This document shows, piece by piece, positions 36,550-47,752 of a stretch of 64,000 nt of DNA. Numbering within the stretch: the first letter of the stretch is position 1; each line of letters opens with the position of its first letter. The stretch is from assembly GCA_964630365.1 (NCBI GenBank), contig CAZVUP010000004.1:1970-65969 (forward strand), given 5' to 3'. The notes below the pieces were generated by a model. It did not search any database, was not told where the DNA came from, and worked only from the letters and a program-made list of their open reading frames with translations. This stretch comes from an uncultured Muribaculaceae bacterium (GTDB taxonomy: Bacteria; Bacillota_I; Bacilli_A; RF39; UBA660). A program made the translations under genes and the position numbers.

Positions 36550-38166
36550 CTATCCCTCTATTACTTCCATTATTGTAGGAACAACATGTTTCTTTCTAGA
36601 AACAATTCCTGAAATAAATTCTCCTTCTTTAACATCTCTTTCATAGGCAATGCTAATTAAACCACTACCTTTAGTATTATAAATAATATAACTACCATTT
36701 TTAATAATGTCTGTAACATATAAAGCCACCAACATATAATCATTTCCTTCAGCCACATTATCTAGAACCTTTATATATTCATCTATTTCTTTTTCTATTT
36801 CTTCAAAGTTCATAGTAAAGAACTGTCCTATAGCAAATTTCTTATCATTAACAGTATAAATTTTATAATCATTATATAAAACATCTTCTTTACTCATTCC
36901 TTCTAAAGAAGTACCAGATTTAAGTAAATTCATACCATATTCTTCGTAATCAACACCAGCAATTTTAGAAAGTTCCATTATAGCATTCCTATCTCTATCA
37001 GTAGCAGTTGGGCTTCGAAGAATTAATGTATCAGAAAGAATTCCTGATAATAATGCTCCAGCAATATCTTGTGGTATATCAACTTTTCTTTCTTTAAACA
37101 AAGTATAAACAATAGTACAAGTAGAACCAACCGCAACGTTTCTAAAGTTAATCGGAATATTAGTTGTAATACTTCCTAAATTATGATGATCAAATATCTC
37201 TAAAATGTTTGCTTCCTCTAAACCTTCAACGCTTTGTAATTTTTCATTATGATCAACTAAAATTACATTCTTTGGTGTTTTATCAGACAAATCTGTAACT
37301 TTTAATAATCCTAAACACCTATTTTTCTTATCAACTACTGGATAATTGGTATGCTTTTGTTTATTATTAATATCAATTATATCAGATACAAAATCAGTTT
37401 CCATAAACTTAGTAGGATTATAATTACTCCTCATTGACTTTATATAATTTGAAAGAGCAATTAATCTTGAAACATGGTAAGTATCATATGGTGTCCTAAT
37501 AATATTAACACCATTGTTTTTAGCAATCAAAACATGTTCTTCTTTGATATATGAGTTACCAGATAAAACTATTAACTTTACACCAGATGTAACAGCATAC
37601 TCGATAACACTATGTCTATCACCAACAATTAAAATATCATCAGGGCCAAAAGTAATATTAGATAAAACTGTAGTACTACGATATGCTGCTACTAATATTC
37701 TACCAACTATTTCTTCATCTGCTCTATTAATTTCTTCTCCCTTTAATACTTTTAATAAATTATCATATGATGTATATAATTCTTCAATATTCTCATTAAT
37801 AATAACATGACTTAAATCTTTAATAGTAATAAGGCCAGAAAAATGATTATTTTCTTTAACTATTGGTACACCAGTAAGTTCTTCTCTAAGCATGGCTTGA
37901 TATCCATCAAAAATACTATCAGTTTCTTTGATAAAAAAACCTTTATGATATTTAATATCTTTTAATTGTAATTTAACATCGTTTAAATACTTAGGCTTAG
38001 TCAAATTAAAATAATTTAATGCATATGCTGATTCCTTATTAATATCTCCCAATACCCGTGCTTCAGTATTCTCCCCTAAAGCATTTTTTAAATATGACAA
38101 TCCAATTGCTGACATAACAGAATCAGTATCAGGTTTTCTATGTCCAAAGATTAAAGTTTTCTTCAT
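36550..38166 (-). CDS. ppaC: CBS-domain-containing family II (DHH) inorganic pyrophosphatase
   Basis: The N-terminus is FGHRKPDTDSVMSAIG. Inserted CBS/DRTGG-like regions are present, along with VDHNE, FDHH and a C-terminal DHHA2-like part. Confidence 0.8.
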   Translation of the reverse strand: MKKTLIFGHRKPDTDSVMSAIGLSYLKNALGENTEARVLGDINKESAYALNYFNLTKPKYLNDVKLQLKDIKYHKGFFIKETDSIFDGYQAMLREELTGVPIVKENNHFSGLITIKDLSHVIINENIEELYTSYDNLLKVLKGEEINRADEEIVGRILVAAYRSTTVLSNITFGPDDILIVGDRHSVIEYAVTSGVKLIVLSGNSYIKEEHVLIAKNNGVNIIRTPYDTYHVSRLIALSNYIKSMRSNYNPTKFMETDFVSDIIDINNKQKHTNYPVVDKKNRCLGLLKVTDLSDKTPKNVILVDHNEKLQSVEGLEEANILEIFDHHNLGSITTNIPINFRNVAVGSTCTIVYTLFKERKVDIPQDIAGALLSGILSDTLILRSPTATDRDRNAIMELSKIAGVDYEEYGMNLLKSGTSLEGMSKEDVLYNDYKIYTVNDKKFAIGQFFTMNFEEIEKEIDEYIKVLDNVAEGNDYMLVALYVTDIIKNGSYIIYNTKGSGLISIAYERDVKEGEFISGIVSRKKHVVPTIMEVIEG

Positions 38167-38245
38167 CCCTTTTTACCTTCTTTCTTCAAGAATTATAACA
38201 TACTTTTAAAACAAAAAAAAGAGTTAACTACTAGTTAATTAACAC

Positions 38246-38734
38246 TTACTTTAACATTCCGATAATAACTAATATAACAAAATTATAATTAGATACTAGT
38301 TTCCATCTAGTCGAAAATATTCTCTCATAGATAGCTGCAATATCATCACAAAAATCTACAATCCAACTTTCAATGTATTTAGGAGCCCTAAATGTAATTG
38401 GAAACATATGCTTAATAATTATATCTTCCTCTCTAGCAGTTAATGAAAAATATTTTTTAGCATTTTCCAAAGCAAATTTTGGATGTTCACGAAGTCGTTC
38501 TAAACTATTTTTATCTTTAACTTCATCAATAAAAAAATCATGTAATAAAGCAGCTCTAGTAGCTTCACCATAATTAAGTCCTATAAACTTAGTTACTTTA
38601 TATGTATATTCTGCTACACGAAGAGAATGATCTAATCTCGTAATACCATGATGTCCAATATCACTTAATTTTAAAAATTCTTTATTATTTATAATATCAT
38701 CTATCAAAGTATAAAATTCATCTTTTATTTTCAT
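38246..38734 (-). CDS. HD-domain phosphohydrolase
   Basis: Motifs are HGITRLDHSLRVA and ALLHDF. The start is taken at MKIKDEF, although the upstream GTG at 38761 is also possible. Confidence 0.7.
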   Translation of the reverse strand: MKIKDEFYTLIDDIINNKEFLKLSDIGHHGITRLDHSLRVAEYTYKVTKFIGLNYGEATRAALLHDFFIDEVKDKNSLERLREHPKFALENAKKYFSLTAREEDIIIKHMFPITFRAPKYIESWIVDFCDDIAAIYERIFSTRWKLVSNYNFVILVIIGMLK

Positions 38735-38828
38735 AAATATCAACCCACTAAATAGTAACACAATAATTACTAAATAAAAAATAATTTTAAAAAATTACTC
38801 TTATCTTTACATATTTTTACAAAAAAAA

Positions 38829-40136
38829 TTAGATAAGTTCATTTAAAATCTTATCTAATTCTTCTACTTCCTCATCAGATGTTTCTTTTATCTCTTGCTC
38901 TTTATTAAACCATACTGGAACAGCTTTCTCAGTTGAAGATTTATGATTAGGCTTATCCTTATTAGTACTCTGAACCATTTTCTTTAATTTCTTATGTTCT
39001 TTTTCCGTAATTTTCATTGCTTCTTCAACTGTTTCAATATTAAGTCTTTTCCATTGACCAGCTATTGTCTCAACATAACTCTTTTTCAATTGTTCATTAT
39101 TAATCTTTAAAACATAACTAATCAAAACATTAACAACACCAGGGTTTAATTTTTGATCAATTAATAAACTCTCTATTAATCTCTTGTCTCTATCTGTTGG
39201 TTCAGCCCCTTTATATTTTGCCCGCAAAAGTTGATATGGTGTTATGTTTTCAAAAGTATAGACCATCTTTGCCCATTTAGAATTATCACCTTCCGGTTTT
39301 TTCAAATATTCTGGCTGTTTATTATAAATAAGCGTTGGAAGATTACCCATATTATCAAACTGATAATAATTACGACAACTCTTCCTTAGAAGACTCTTAT
39401 CAATTAAGCCTTTTTCATTAATGGCATTCCTAACTAAACCTTGCATATCAAGGGTATTTAAATTATAAATATAACTTAAACTATTAATAAGATCTTTAAC
39501 ATCATCATTAAAACATTTCTCATTCATTTGACTAGCAGGAATACTAGACATTAAAAGATTAAAGTCTATACCTTTATTAATCAATAGATTATTTGAATCC
39601 CTCTTAGTTATATCCTGTTCTACTTCCATAATTGTTCCTTGAACAGGACTAAAAACCTCATCAAATGAAGCAGTTATATCATTAAATTCTTTTAAATTAA
39701 ATTTAGGAACCTTAAAACAATTTAATACTTTTTGATATTCTTTTTTACCTAAATTATTATATAAAACAATATTAAGTATTGGATGATTAAAAAAATCACT
39801 TGCACTAATTGGAGAATAAATTAAATATACAAATTGGTTAATATTTCCTTTTTTAAAATATGTTTTTAATAGACCTACAGCCTCCAATTTTTCTCTTGCA
39901 ATAATGATGTCTTCTAGCTTTAATTGCATTGTAGCCATTAAATGATGATGTGTTAAATCATCACTAATTATTTCTTGCTTATCTAAATCATCGAGCAATG
40001 TATAATATAGAGCTACAGCTGCAAAACCAATAATTGGCTGATATAACATTGAAATAATCTTTTTATCTTTTTCAGTAACTACTGATTTATTAATAACAGT
40101 ATATGTATCTGCAGGTAAAACACTAATATTCTTCAT
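38829..40136 (-). CDS. dnaB: Replication initiation and membrane attachment protein (Bacillus DnaB / DnaD-domain type)
   Basis: The N-terminus VINKSVVTEKDKKIISMLYQPIIGFAAVALYYTL and the C-terminal DnaD-like repeat (YVETIAGQWKRLNIETVEEA) are typical of this family. Confidence 0.75.
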   Translation of the reverse strand: MKNISVLPADTYTVINKSVVTEKDKKIISMLYQPIIGFAAVALYYTLLDDLDKQEIISDDLTHHHLMATMQLKLEDIIIAREKLEAVGLLKTYFKKGNINQFVYLIYSPISASDFFNHPILNIVLYNNLGKKEYQKVLNCFKVPKFNLKEFNDITASFDEVFSPVQGTIMEVEQDITKRDSNNLLINKGIDFNLLMSSIPASQMNEKCFNDDVKDLINSLSYIYNLNTLDMQGLVRNAINEKGLIDKSLLRKSCRNYYQFDNMGNLPTLIYNKQPEYLKKPEGDNSKWAKMVYTFENITPYQLLRAKYKGAEPTDRDKRLIESLLIDQKLNPGVVNVLISYVLKINNEQLKKSYVETIAGQWKRLNIETVEEAMKITEKEHKKLKKMVQSTNKDKPNHKSSTEKAVPVWFNKEQEIKETSDEEVEELDKILNELI

Positions 40137-40166
40137 TATATCACCACCACTTAAAATCTCTAAAAT

Positions 40167-40195
40167 GAATATATATTATCTATTTATATTTGTCA
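40167..40195 (-). promoter_or_regulatory. Sigma-A-type promoter of the dnaB-like gene
   Basis: The minus strand reads TTGACA (40190-40195), a 17-nt spacer, then TATATT (40167-40172). Confidence 0.55.
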
Positions 40196-40202
40196 ATAAA
40201 CT

Positions 40203-40225
40203 AAAAAAAGCAAGTTTAACTTGCT
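40203..40225 (-). terminator. Rho-independent terminator after pilD
   Basis: AGCAAGT (40209-40215) pairs with ACTTGCT (40219-40225), and T7 follows on the minus strand. Confidence 0.6.
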
Positions 40226-40229
40226 TATG

Positions 40230-40991
40230 TTATGTAAGAAACCCAAGAATACTAGTTATATCAACACCTGTAAAATATATAAACGTAAAACCAATTAATA
40301 AAAATGGTCCAAATGGAATTAAATCTTTATTACTTCTATATAAAATAAGTAATGAAACAGGTAAGGCTATGAAACTTGCTATAAAGATTACAACTAAACC
40401 CATAACAGGATTAAGAAGCAACCCAAAAACAAACATCATTTTAACATCGCCGCCACCCAAGGTCTCCTTTTTAAAGATAGCATTACCTAAAAACATTATT
40501 AAATACATTATCGTAAAAAGAATAATTCCACTACCAATGCTTAATAAAGCAGCAATAACTCCATTTTGAAGACAAGTTATAATTACAAAATATCCTGAGA
40601 AAAAGATTAAAATCTCATCTGGAATGACATAATATGTAATATCAGAAACAGATATAATGATAAGCATTGCAACTATTCCTAAAGCGATAAACAACTCATA
40701 TGAAAAACCAAAAGCAAAATAACTAAGTGCAAATAAAACACCTGTAAAAAACTCCATATAAGTAGATAAATCACTTATCTTAGAATGACAATACCTACAT
40801 CTTCCCTTTAAAGATAAGAAAGATATAATGGGTATCATATCCATAAATGAAAGTTCATGGTGACATTTATCACAATAACTTCTATTAGAAATAAAACTTT
40901 CTTTTTTAGGAAGTCTTAATCCAACAACCGTAAAAAACGATCCAAAAATAGTTCCTAAAATAAAAAAGATAATTAAATATAAAATCAACAT
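40230..40991 (-). CDS. pilD: Prepilin peptidase (A24 family; PilD/ComC)
   Basis: The start is set at MLILYLIIFF after GGAGGT. Motifs are the Cys pairs CDKCHH...CRYCHS and the two catalytic Asp contexts SVSDITYYVIPDE and GGGDVKMM. Confidence 0.85.
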   Translation of the reverse strand: MLILYLIIFFILGTIFGSFFTVVGLRLPKKESFISNRSYCDKCHHELSFMDMIPIISFLSLKGRCRYCHSKISDLSTYMEFFTGVLFALSYFAFGFSYELFIALGIVAMLIIISVSDITYYVIPDEILIFFSGYFVIITCLQNGVIAALLSIGSGIILFTIMYLIMFLGNAIFKKETLGGGDVKMMFVFGLLLNPVMGLVVIFIASFIALPVSLLILYRSNKDLIPFGPFLLIGFTFIYFTGVDITSILGFLT

Positions 40992-41004
40992 ATAATTACC
41001 TCCT

Positions 41005-42375
41005 CTATTTAACCTGACTATATATCGAGAACATAGGTTGAATGATAGCCATAAGAATGATACCAACAACTACAGCAAGGAAACAAATAAGTAAAGGTTC
41101 TACTAAACTTTTCATCTGATCAATAACATTTTTATGTAACATTTGAAAGTGATCAGCAACCTTCTCCATCATTTGTCCAAGTTGACCAGTAGTTTCACCA
41201 GTAACAATCATTTCATACGCAACAACTGGAATTGCCCATTCACCTTTAAAGGCACTTGATATTGAATCACCTTTACCAAGATTTTCCAATGTATTATTAA
41301 TTATTCTTTTCATAACCTCATTATTTGTAATTTTTGATAATATTTCCATACTATCAGTAATAAATACACCATGATTTATTAATGAGGCAAAAGTCTTAGT
41401 AAAATTGGCAATCTCATTATAAATAATAATATCTTTTATAACCGGTAAATGCATAAGTAAAATTTGAACATTTTCCCGAAATTTTTGACTTTTCTTAAAA
41501 GTCATTATAAAGGCAGTAGCAACTACCCCAATTATTATTAAAAGTAACCACCATTTAGTCTTAATAAAATTACTAGTTGCTAAAATTGCTAAAGTAAGTG
41601 CTGGCATTGTAGCTCCATTATCTGCAAATAATGAAGAAAATTGTGGAACTAAATAAGTAAGCATAAATATTAAAACACCAATAGCAATAGTTAAAACTAC
41701 TAATGGATAAGTCATAGCTGATTTCATCTGCTTCTTAGTTTGATCCATTGATGTATAATAATCAGCCATATCATCTAATATAGAAGGTAAATCACCAGTC
41801 ATTTCAGCAGTCTTTACCATATTCACTAAAAGTTTTGGAAAAACCTTTCCTTGATAAGACATAGCTTCAGATAAACTTTCACCTTTTAATAATTGATAAA
41901 CTAATGTATAAAAGCTCTTTTTAAGACTCGCTTTTCTAGATTGTTTAGCCAAAATCTTAACAGAATCTGCTAAAGGAATTCCAGATTTTATATAAGTTGA
42001 TAATTGTGTTAATGAAAATGATAAATCACCTGCTTTTATTTTGGCATTACCACCAATATCAATATCATATTTACTTCTTTCTTTTACTTCCAATACTTGA
42101 TAACCAAGTGATGCCAAAAAACCCTTCAAATCATTTTCATTTTCAGCTTCAAGTGTACCACTTTCTTTTTTCCCGGCATCATTAACTATAGTATAACGAT
42201 ATTCTGTAGTAGCAATTCTCTGTTTCTCCTTAGGTGCAGTTCCAGTAGCAGGACTAGCAACATTCTCAGAAGATACAGTATTATTATTCATAGCATCAGC
42301 AGCTGCAGCTACAGTTTGTGAATCTTGTTGAACTGATTGATTTTGCTCTGTAGGATTACTATTATTTTTAAACAT
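41005..42375 (-). CDS. pilC: Type IV pilus / T2SS platform protein (PilC/GspF/ComGB family)
   Basis: Two GspF-type repeats are present (LSTYIKSGIPLADS... and FTKTFASLINHGVFITDS...), along with 3 TM helices. An extra ~60-aa Q/N/A/T-rich N-terminal extension follows a GAGGGA RBS. Confidence 0.85.
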   Translation of the reverse strand: MFKNNSNPTEQNQSVQQDSQTVAAAADAMNNNTVSSENVASPATGTAPKEKQRIATTEYRYTIVNDAGKKESGTLEAENENDLKGFLASLGYQVLEVKERSKYDIDIGGNAKIKAGDLSFSLTQLSTYIKSGIPLADSVKILAKQSRKASLKKSFYTLVYQLLKGESLSEAMSYQGKVFPKLLVNMVKTAEMTGDLPSILDDMADYYTSMDQTKKQMKSAMTYPLVVLTIAIGVLIFMLTYLVPQFSSLFADNGATMPALTLAILATSNFIKTKWWLLLIIIGVVATAFIMTFKKSQKFRENVQILLMHLPVIKDIIIYNEIANFTKTFASLINHGVFITDSMEILSKITNNEVMKRIINNTLENLGKGDSISSAFKGEWAIPVVAYEMIVTGETTGQLGQMMEKVADHFQMLHKNVIDQMKSLVEPLLICFLAVVVGIILMAIIQPMFSIYSQVK

Positions 42376-42491
42376 ATTACCATCCCTCTACTATTCTCTA
42401 TCATATACATGATAACACAAAATATTTGTTTTTCAAATAACAAATTAAACATTTTAATAATTTTACATATATTAATATAGAGGTGAATATC

Positions 42492-42758
42492 ATGTATCCT
42501 AACCCTACAGTAAATACTCTAGGAAAAACAATTTCCATGTTAAAAAATATAAAATGGGCTGATTTACTTGATGGAACCCAAAAAACACTTAATGTAATAA
42601 ATCAAGCTATACCAATTGTTTATCAAATAAAACCTTTAGCAAACAATGCTAAAACTTTATTTAAAATAGCTAATATAATAAATACTCCAAGTAATGTAAA
42701 CACTAGTACAACGCAAGAAAAAAAGACTGCTCAAAACAGCCCAATTTTTTACATATAA
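42492..42758 (+). CDS. Small hypothetical protein (possibly YqfQ-like)
   Basis: An ATG follows the AGGTGA RBS. The 88-aa product is followed by a hairpin at 42761-42782. Confidence 0.45.
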   Translation: MYPNPTVNTLGKTISMLKNIKWADLLDGTQKTLNVINQAIPIVYQIKPLANNAKTLFKIANIINTPSNVNTSTTQEKKTAQNSPIFYI

Positions 42759-42760
42759 AA

Positions 42761-42782
42761 ACTTGTTTCATTAGAAACAAGT
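42761..42782. terminator. Shared terminator hairpin between convergent genes
   Basis: ACTTGTTTC (42761-42769) pairs with GAAACAAGT (42774-42782). A T-run follows on the minus strand. Confidence 0.5.
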
Positions 42783-42784
42783 AA

Positions 42785-43015
42785 TTATAATTGATTTTTC
42801 TTTGTAGAATCCATAAACTTACTATTAAAAATTTCTGGCGTATAAATCATAATGGCATTTAATTCTTCTTCACTCAAAACACATTCTTTTTTAATATATC
42901 CATCAGCCCCATAACGGTTTGGATTAGTTAACTTACTAACAGCTCTTGCAAAAGCTGGACGATAAATTTTCATTAAATCAGAATCGCTATTTTTAATTCT
43001 TGAAAAATCATCCAC
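42785..43015 (-). CDS. Small hypothetical protein downstream of tgt
   Basis: The ORF track start at 43069 overlaps tgt. A GTG at 43015, 7 nt after GAGGGG, gives a 76-aa product with no overlap. The start remains uncertain. Confidence 0.4.
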   Translation of the reverse strand: MDDFSRIKNSDSDLMKIYRPAFARAVSKLTNPNRYGADGYIKKECVLSEEELNAIMIYTPEIFNSKFMDSTKKNQL

Positions 43016-43046
43016 AATATCACCCCTCAAAAGTGTTATAATTATA

Positions 43047-44189
<1,143 letters not shown>

Positions 44190-44237
44190 TTAATATATTA
44201 TCAAAAGAAAAAAGTCCTGTCAATAAACAGGCTTTTT

Positions 44238-45263
44238 CTACTTAATAAACATTGCATCCCCAAAAGAGAAAAAACGATATTTTTCATTAACCGCAATTTT
44301 ATAAGCATTTAAAATATGTTCTCTTCCAGCAAGCGCAGAAACTAGCATGACCAAAGTTGATTTTGGCAAATGAAAATTAGTAATCAACGCATCTATTGCC
44401 TTAAATTTATATCCTGGATATATAAAGATATCAGTCCAGCCACTACATTCTCTAAATTCTCCATATTTTGATGCAATAGTCTCCAAAGTTCTAGTTGAAG
44501 TTGTTCCAACCGCAATAATTCTTTGTCCATTCTTTTTAGCTTCATTTAATTTAGCAGCTACTTCACCACTCATTTGATAGTACTCACTATGCATTTTATG
44601 ATCTTCTATTTTATCAACACTAACTGGTCTAAACGTACCAAGTCCAACATGCAAAGTAACATATAAGACACTAATCCCTTTATCTTCTATTTGTTTAAGT
44701 AAATCATTAGTAAAATGCAAACCAGCCGTAGGTGCAGCAGCACTACCAACTTCTTTAGCATAGACAGTTTGATATCTATTTTGATCAGTTAGTTTTTCAT
44801 GAATATATGGTGGTAATGGCATAGTACCTAACTCTTCTAATATTTCCATTAAAATACCATCATAAACAAGTTCAAATCCTCTAATCCCTTCTTCTGCCTC
44901 ACTAATACATCTCGCTTTAAGTTTTCCTGCACCAAAAGATACAATCGTCCCAATCTTTACTCTTCTTGCTGGTTTAACTAAACATTCCCATTTATCACCA
45001 GAAATATTTTTAAGTAATAATATTTCAATTACTGCACCAGTCTCTTCTTTTACACCAATTAAACGTGCAGGTAATACTTTTGTATCATTTAAAACCAATA
45101 CATCACCAGGTTCTAAATAATCAATAATATTATAGAATTTTCTATGTTCAACTTCTCCACTATTTTTATCCAAAACTAAAAGTCTAGACTCATCTCTTTT
45201 TAATAATGGTGTTTGAGCAATCAATTCTTCTGGTAAATTATAATCAAAGTCTTCAACCTTCAT
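44238..45263 (-). CDS. queA: S-adenosylmethionine:tRNA ribosyltransferase-isomerase
   Basis: Motifs include [38 protein letters not shown] and [10 protein letters not shown]. Confidence 0.95.
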   Translation of the reverse strand: MKVEDFDYNLPEELIAQTPLLKRDESRLLVLDKNSGEVEHRKFYNIIDYLEPGDVLVLNDTKVLPARLIGVKEETGAVIEILLLKNISGDKWECLVKPARRVKIGTIVSFGAGKLKARCISEAEEGIRGFELVYDGILMEILEELGTMPLPPYIHEKLTDQNRYQTVYAKEVGSAAAPTAGLHFTNDLLKQIEDKGISVLYVTLHVGLGTFRPVSVDKIEDHKMHSEYYQMSGEVAAKLNEAKKNGQRIIAVGTTSTRTLETIASKYGEFRECSGWTDIFIYPGYKFKAIDALITNFHLPKSTLVMLVSALAGREHILNAYKIAVNEKYRFFSFGDAMFIK

Positions 45264-45273
45264 GTAACCACTC

Positions 45274-46293
45274 CTATTTTTTATTTACTTTTTCTATTCC
45301 TAAAACTTCATAAGCTTTATCTGTAACAACTCTTCCGCGAGCTGTTCTTTTTAATAATCCCATTTGTAAAAGATAGGGTTCATAAACATCTTCAATTGTT
45401 GTTACTTCTTCACCTATTGTACTACTTATAGCTTCAATTCCAACAGGCCCACCATTAAATTTATTAATAATAGAAAGTAATAATTCTCTATCGGTATTAT
45501 CAAGACCCATTTTATCAACTTTTAATCTATTTAGTGCATCTTCAGTTATTTTAAGATTTATTCTTCCATCACCTTTAACCATGGCAAAGTCACGTACTCT
45601 TTTAAACAATCTATTAGCAATTCTTGGAGTACCTCTACTTCTTTTAGCAAGTTCAACAGCCGCCTCATCATCAATTTCAACATTTAAAACTCGAGCTGTT
45701 CTCTTAACTATATCAGTCAGTTCTTCTACAGTATAAAATTGTAGTTTATTAATTATTCCAAATCTATCTCTTAAAGGTGCTGATAAGTCCCCAGCTCTAG
45801 TTGTTGCTCCAACTAAAGTAAATGGTGGTAAATCTATCTTTATATTCCGACTATTTCCTTCACTACCGACAATAATATCTAAGGAAAAGTCTTCCATTGC
45901 GGGATAAAGAATTTCTTCAATATATCTAGGCATTCTATGAATCTCATCAATAAATAAGACATCACCCGGTTCCAATGAAGAAAGTATCGCTGCTAAATCA
46001 CCACTCTTTTCAATACTAGGTCCACTTGCTGTTTTAATATTAGTACCTAACTCATGCGCAATTATAAAAGCAAGAGTTGTCTTTCCAAGCCCAGGAGGGC
46101 CATATAATAAAACGTGATCAAGCGACTCATTTCGCATTTTAGCAGCTTCAACAAAAACCTTAATGTTTTCTTTAACATCAGTCTGCCCAATATACTCTTC
46201 TATTGACTCCGGTCTAATTGTATTATCAATTGTATTATCATCAAATAATTCATAGTTTCTTATAACATTTTCATTATTCATAACTGCCTCCAT
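45274..46293 (-). CDS. ruvB: Holliday junction branch migration helicase RuvB
   Basis: Motifs include [20 protein letters not shown] and GTPRIANRL. Confidence 0.95.
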   Translation of the reverse strand: MEAVMNNENVIRNYELFDDNTIDNTIRPESIEEYIGQTDVKENIKVFVEAAKMRNESLDHVLLYGPPGLGKTTLAFIIAHELGTNIKTASGPSIEKSGDLAAILSSLEPGDVLFIDEIHRMPRYIEEILYPAMEDFSLDIIVGSEGNSRNIKIDLPPFTLVGATTRAGDLSAPLRDRFGIINKLQFYTVEELTDIVKRTARVLNVEIDDEAAVELAKRSRGTPRIANRLFKRVRDFAMVKGDGRINLKITEDALNRLKVDKMGLDNTDRELLLSIINKFNGGPVGIEAISSTIGEEVTTIEDVYEPYLLQMGLLKRTARGRVVTDKAYEVLGIEKVNKK

Positions 46294-46856
46294 TATTTAA
46301 GTAATAATTTTAACGCATCCTTTACCTGTTCCTCAATTGATAAAGAAGTATTAACACGAGCAAGTACTGGTTTTAATTCCTTATCCTTATACCCCAATCC
46401 AAGTAATACTTCACGAAGTTCGTTTTCTACTTGTACTTCATCATCACTTATACCAACACCAATAAACTCTAACTTTCCTTTTAAATCCAAAATAATTTGT
46501 TTAGCAAGTTTATCACCAATTTTTGGAAACTTCTTTAAATATAAAACGTTTTCTCTTTCAATAGCATCCATAATACCTTCAATAGAACCAACTGCTAAAA
46601 TAGGAAGAGCCATCTTACAACCAAGTCCTTTAACACTTATCAATTTCAAAAATAAATCCTTCTCTTCAATAGTTTTAAAACCATAAAGTAAATGTTCATC
46701 TTCCGTAATATGTTGATAAATATAAACTTTATATTCTTTACCAATTTCAAAAGAATATGGATTGGCAACATAAACTAAGTATCCTACTCCATTATTATCT
46801 AAAATAATTGCATTATTCTTAATCATTGCTATTTTACCTATAATATAATCGTACAT
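46293..46856 (-). CDS. ruvA: Holliday junction DNA helicase RuvA
   Basis: Motifs include [13 protein letters not shown] and SVKGLG, a tandem HhH region. The stop overlaps the ruvB start. Confidence 0.9.
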   Translation of the reverse strand: MYDYIIGKIAMIKNNAIILDNNGVGYLVYVANPYSFEIGKEYKVYIYQHITEDEHLLYGFKTIEEKDLFLKLISVKGLGCKMALPILAVGSIEGIMDAIERENVLYLKKFPKIGDKLAKQIILDLKGKLEFIGVGISDDEVQVENELREVLLGLGYKDKELKPVLARVNTSLSIEEQVKDALKLLLK

Positions 46857-46913
46857 CTAACCACTCCAATTCTTATTATATAACAAAATTTAATATCTAT
46901 CTATACAAAACTA

Positions 46914-46942
46914 AATATATCGTACAATTGTTTTATTGTCAA
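46914..46942 (-). promoter_or_regulatory. Sigma-A-type promoter of ruvAB-queA-tgt
   Basis: The minus strand reads TTGACA (46937-46942), a 17-nt spacer, then TATATT (46914-46919). Confidence 0.55.
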
Positions 46943-46943
46943 T

Positions 46944-46967
46944 CAAAAAAGATGATTAAATCATCTT
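46944..46967 (-). terminator. Rho-independent terminator
   Basis: AAGATGAT (46949-46956) pairs with ATCATCTT (46960-46967), and T6 follows on the minus strand. The stop codon lies inside the hairpin. Confidence 0.55.
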
Positions 46968-47752
46968 AAATATCTTTGTATTGAATCATCTGCTATATTT
47001 AAAGATTTTACTAATCTTTTACAATCATCTTTTTCAATAGCATCAATCCTATAACTATCTCCATAATCAGAAAGACATAAAAACTCATCTGCCACATGCG
47101 AATATAATAATGTATAAAGATTATAATCGCTATCCATAGCTTCACAATCTGAAAATGGATAATTAATACCTAACAATAACCATCTAACAAAATATATTGC
47201 ATCAGAATATTGTCTATTACAAGGACTATCACCAAGCATCCTACTTAAATCATTTACCAATTTATCAAAATCTTTAATATCAGTAAAGTGACTATAATCA
47301 GCACGTGTCCTATATTGATAACCAAGTCTTGTATCAACTTCTAATAATTTTTCTCTATAATATGCATCTGTAGAAGTAAAACCTTTTGTTTCTAGACTAA
47401 GTTTTACTCGTGTTAGATCACTATATGCTGCATCTAATCTCCATATAATACCATCCCTATCTTTATAAGTTAAATAACTATGATTAGGACTATAATTATT
47501 ACTAACTTCAGCATCAGTAAATTCCTTAATTAATTTTAATAATACATACTTACAATATGTATGACAAATTACTAAATAATCATCAACCTTAGTAAGATCT
47601 ATTCTTTTATTAAATTCTTCTCCGGCAGTAAATTTATACCTACTATCAAAAGAAAACAATTTACAGGTTTCTAAATAGATATAGCGAACTTTTTCAAAAT
47701 CAGTTAAATCTTTTTCTCCAATATCTCTACCAATCTGATTAATTATATCCAT
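46961..47752 (-). CDS. Divergent transglutaminase-like (papain-fold) protein
   Basis: FEKVRYIYLETCKLFSFD is followed by LVICHTYCKYV (candidate Cys) and NHSYLTYKDRDGIIWRLDAAY (candidate His and Asp), in parallel with the upstream gene. The start is set at MDII (47752), but 47758 is also possible. Confidence 0.45.
   Translation of the reverse strand: MDIINQIGRDIGEKDLTDFEKVRYIYLETCKLFSFDSRYKFTAGEEFNKRIDLTKVDDYLVICHTYCKYVLLKLIKEFTDAEVSNNYSPNHSYLTYKDRDGIIWRLDAAYSDLTRVKLSLETKGFTSTDAYYREKLLEVDTRLGYQYRTRADYSHFTDIKDFDKLVNDLSRMLGDSPCNRQYSDAIYFVRWLLLGINYPFSDCEAMDSDYNLYTLLYSHVADEFLCLSDYGDSYRIDAIEKDDCKRLVKSLNIADDSIQRYLR

Noticed and set aside
40165-40569. A 134-aa plus-strand ORF overlapping the dnaB-like promoter, the pilD terminator and the 3' half of pilD.
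   Set aside because: It is antisense to a well-supported prepilin peptidase gene and runs through a terminator hairpin. Its translation is low-complexity and it has no RBS.
44200-44235. A hairpin between queA and tgt, considered as an internal terminator.
   Set aside because: Only 5-6 bp can pair (GCCTGT/ACAGG) despite a T-run. queA-tgt are normally co-transcribed, so the evidence is too weak to call.
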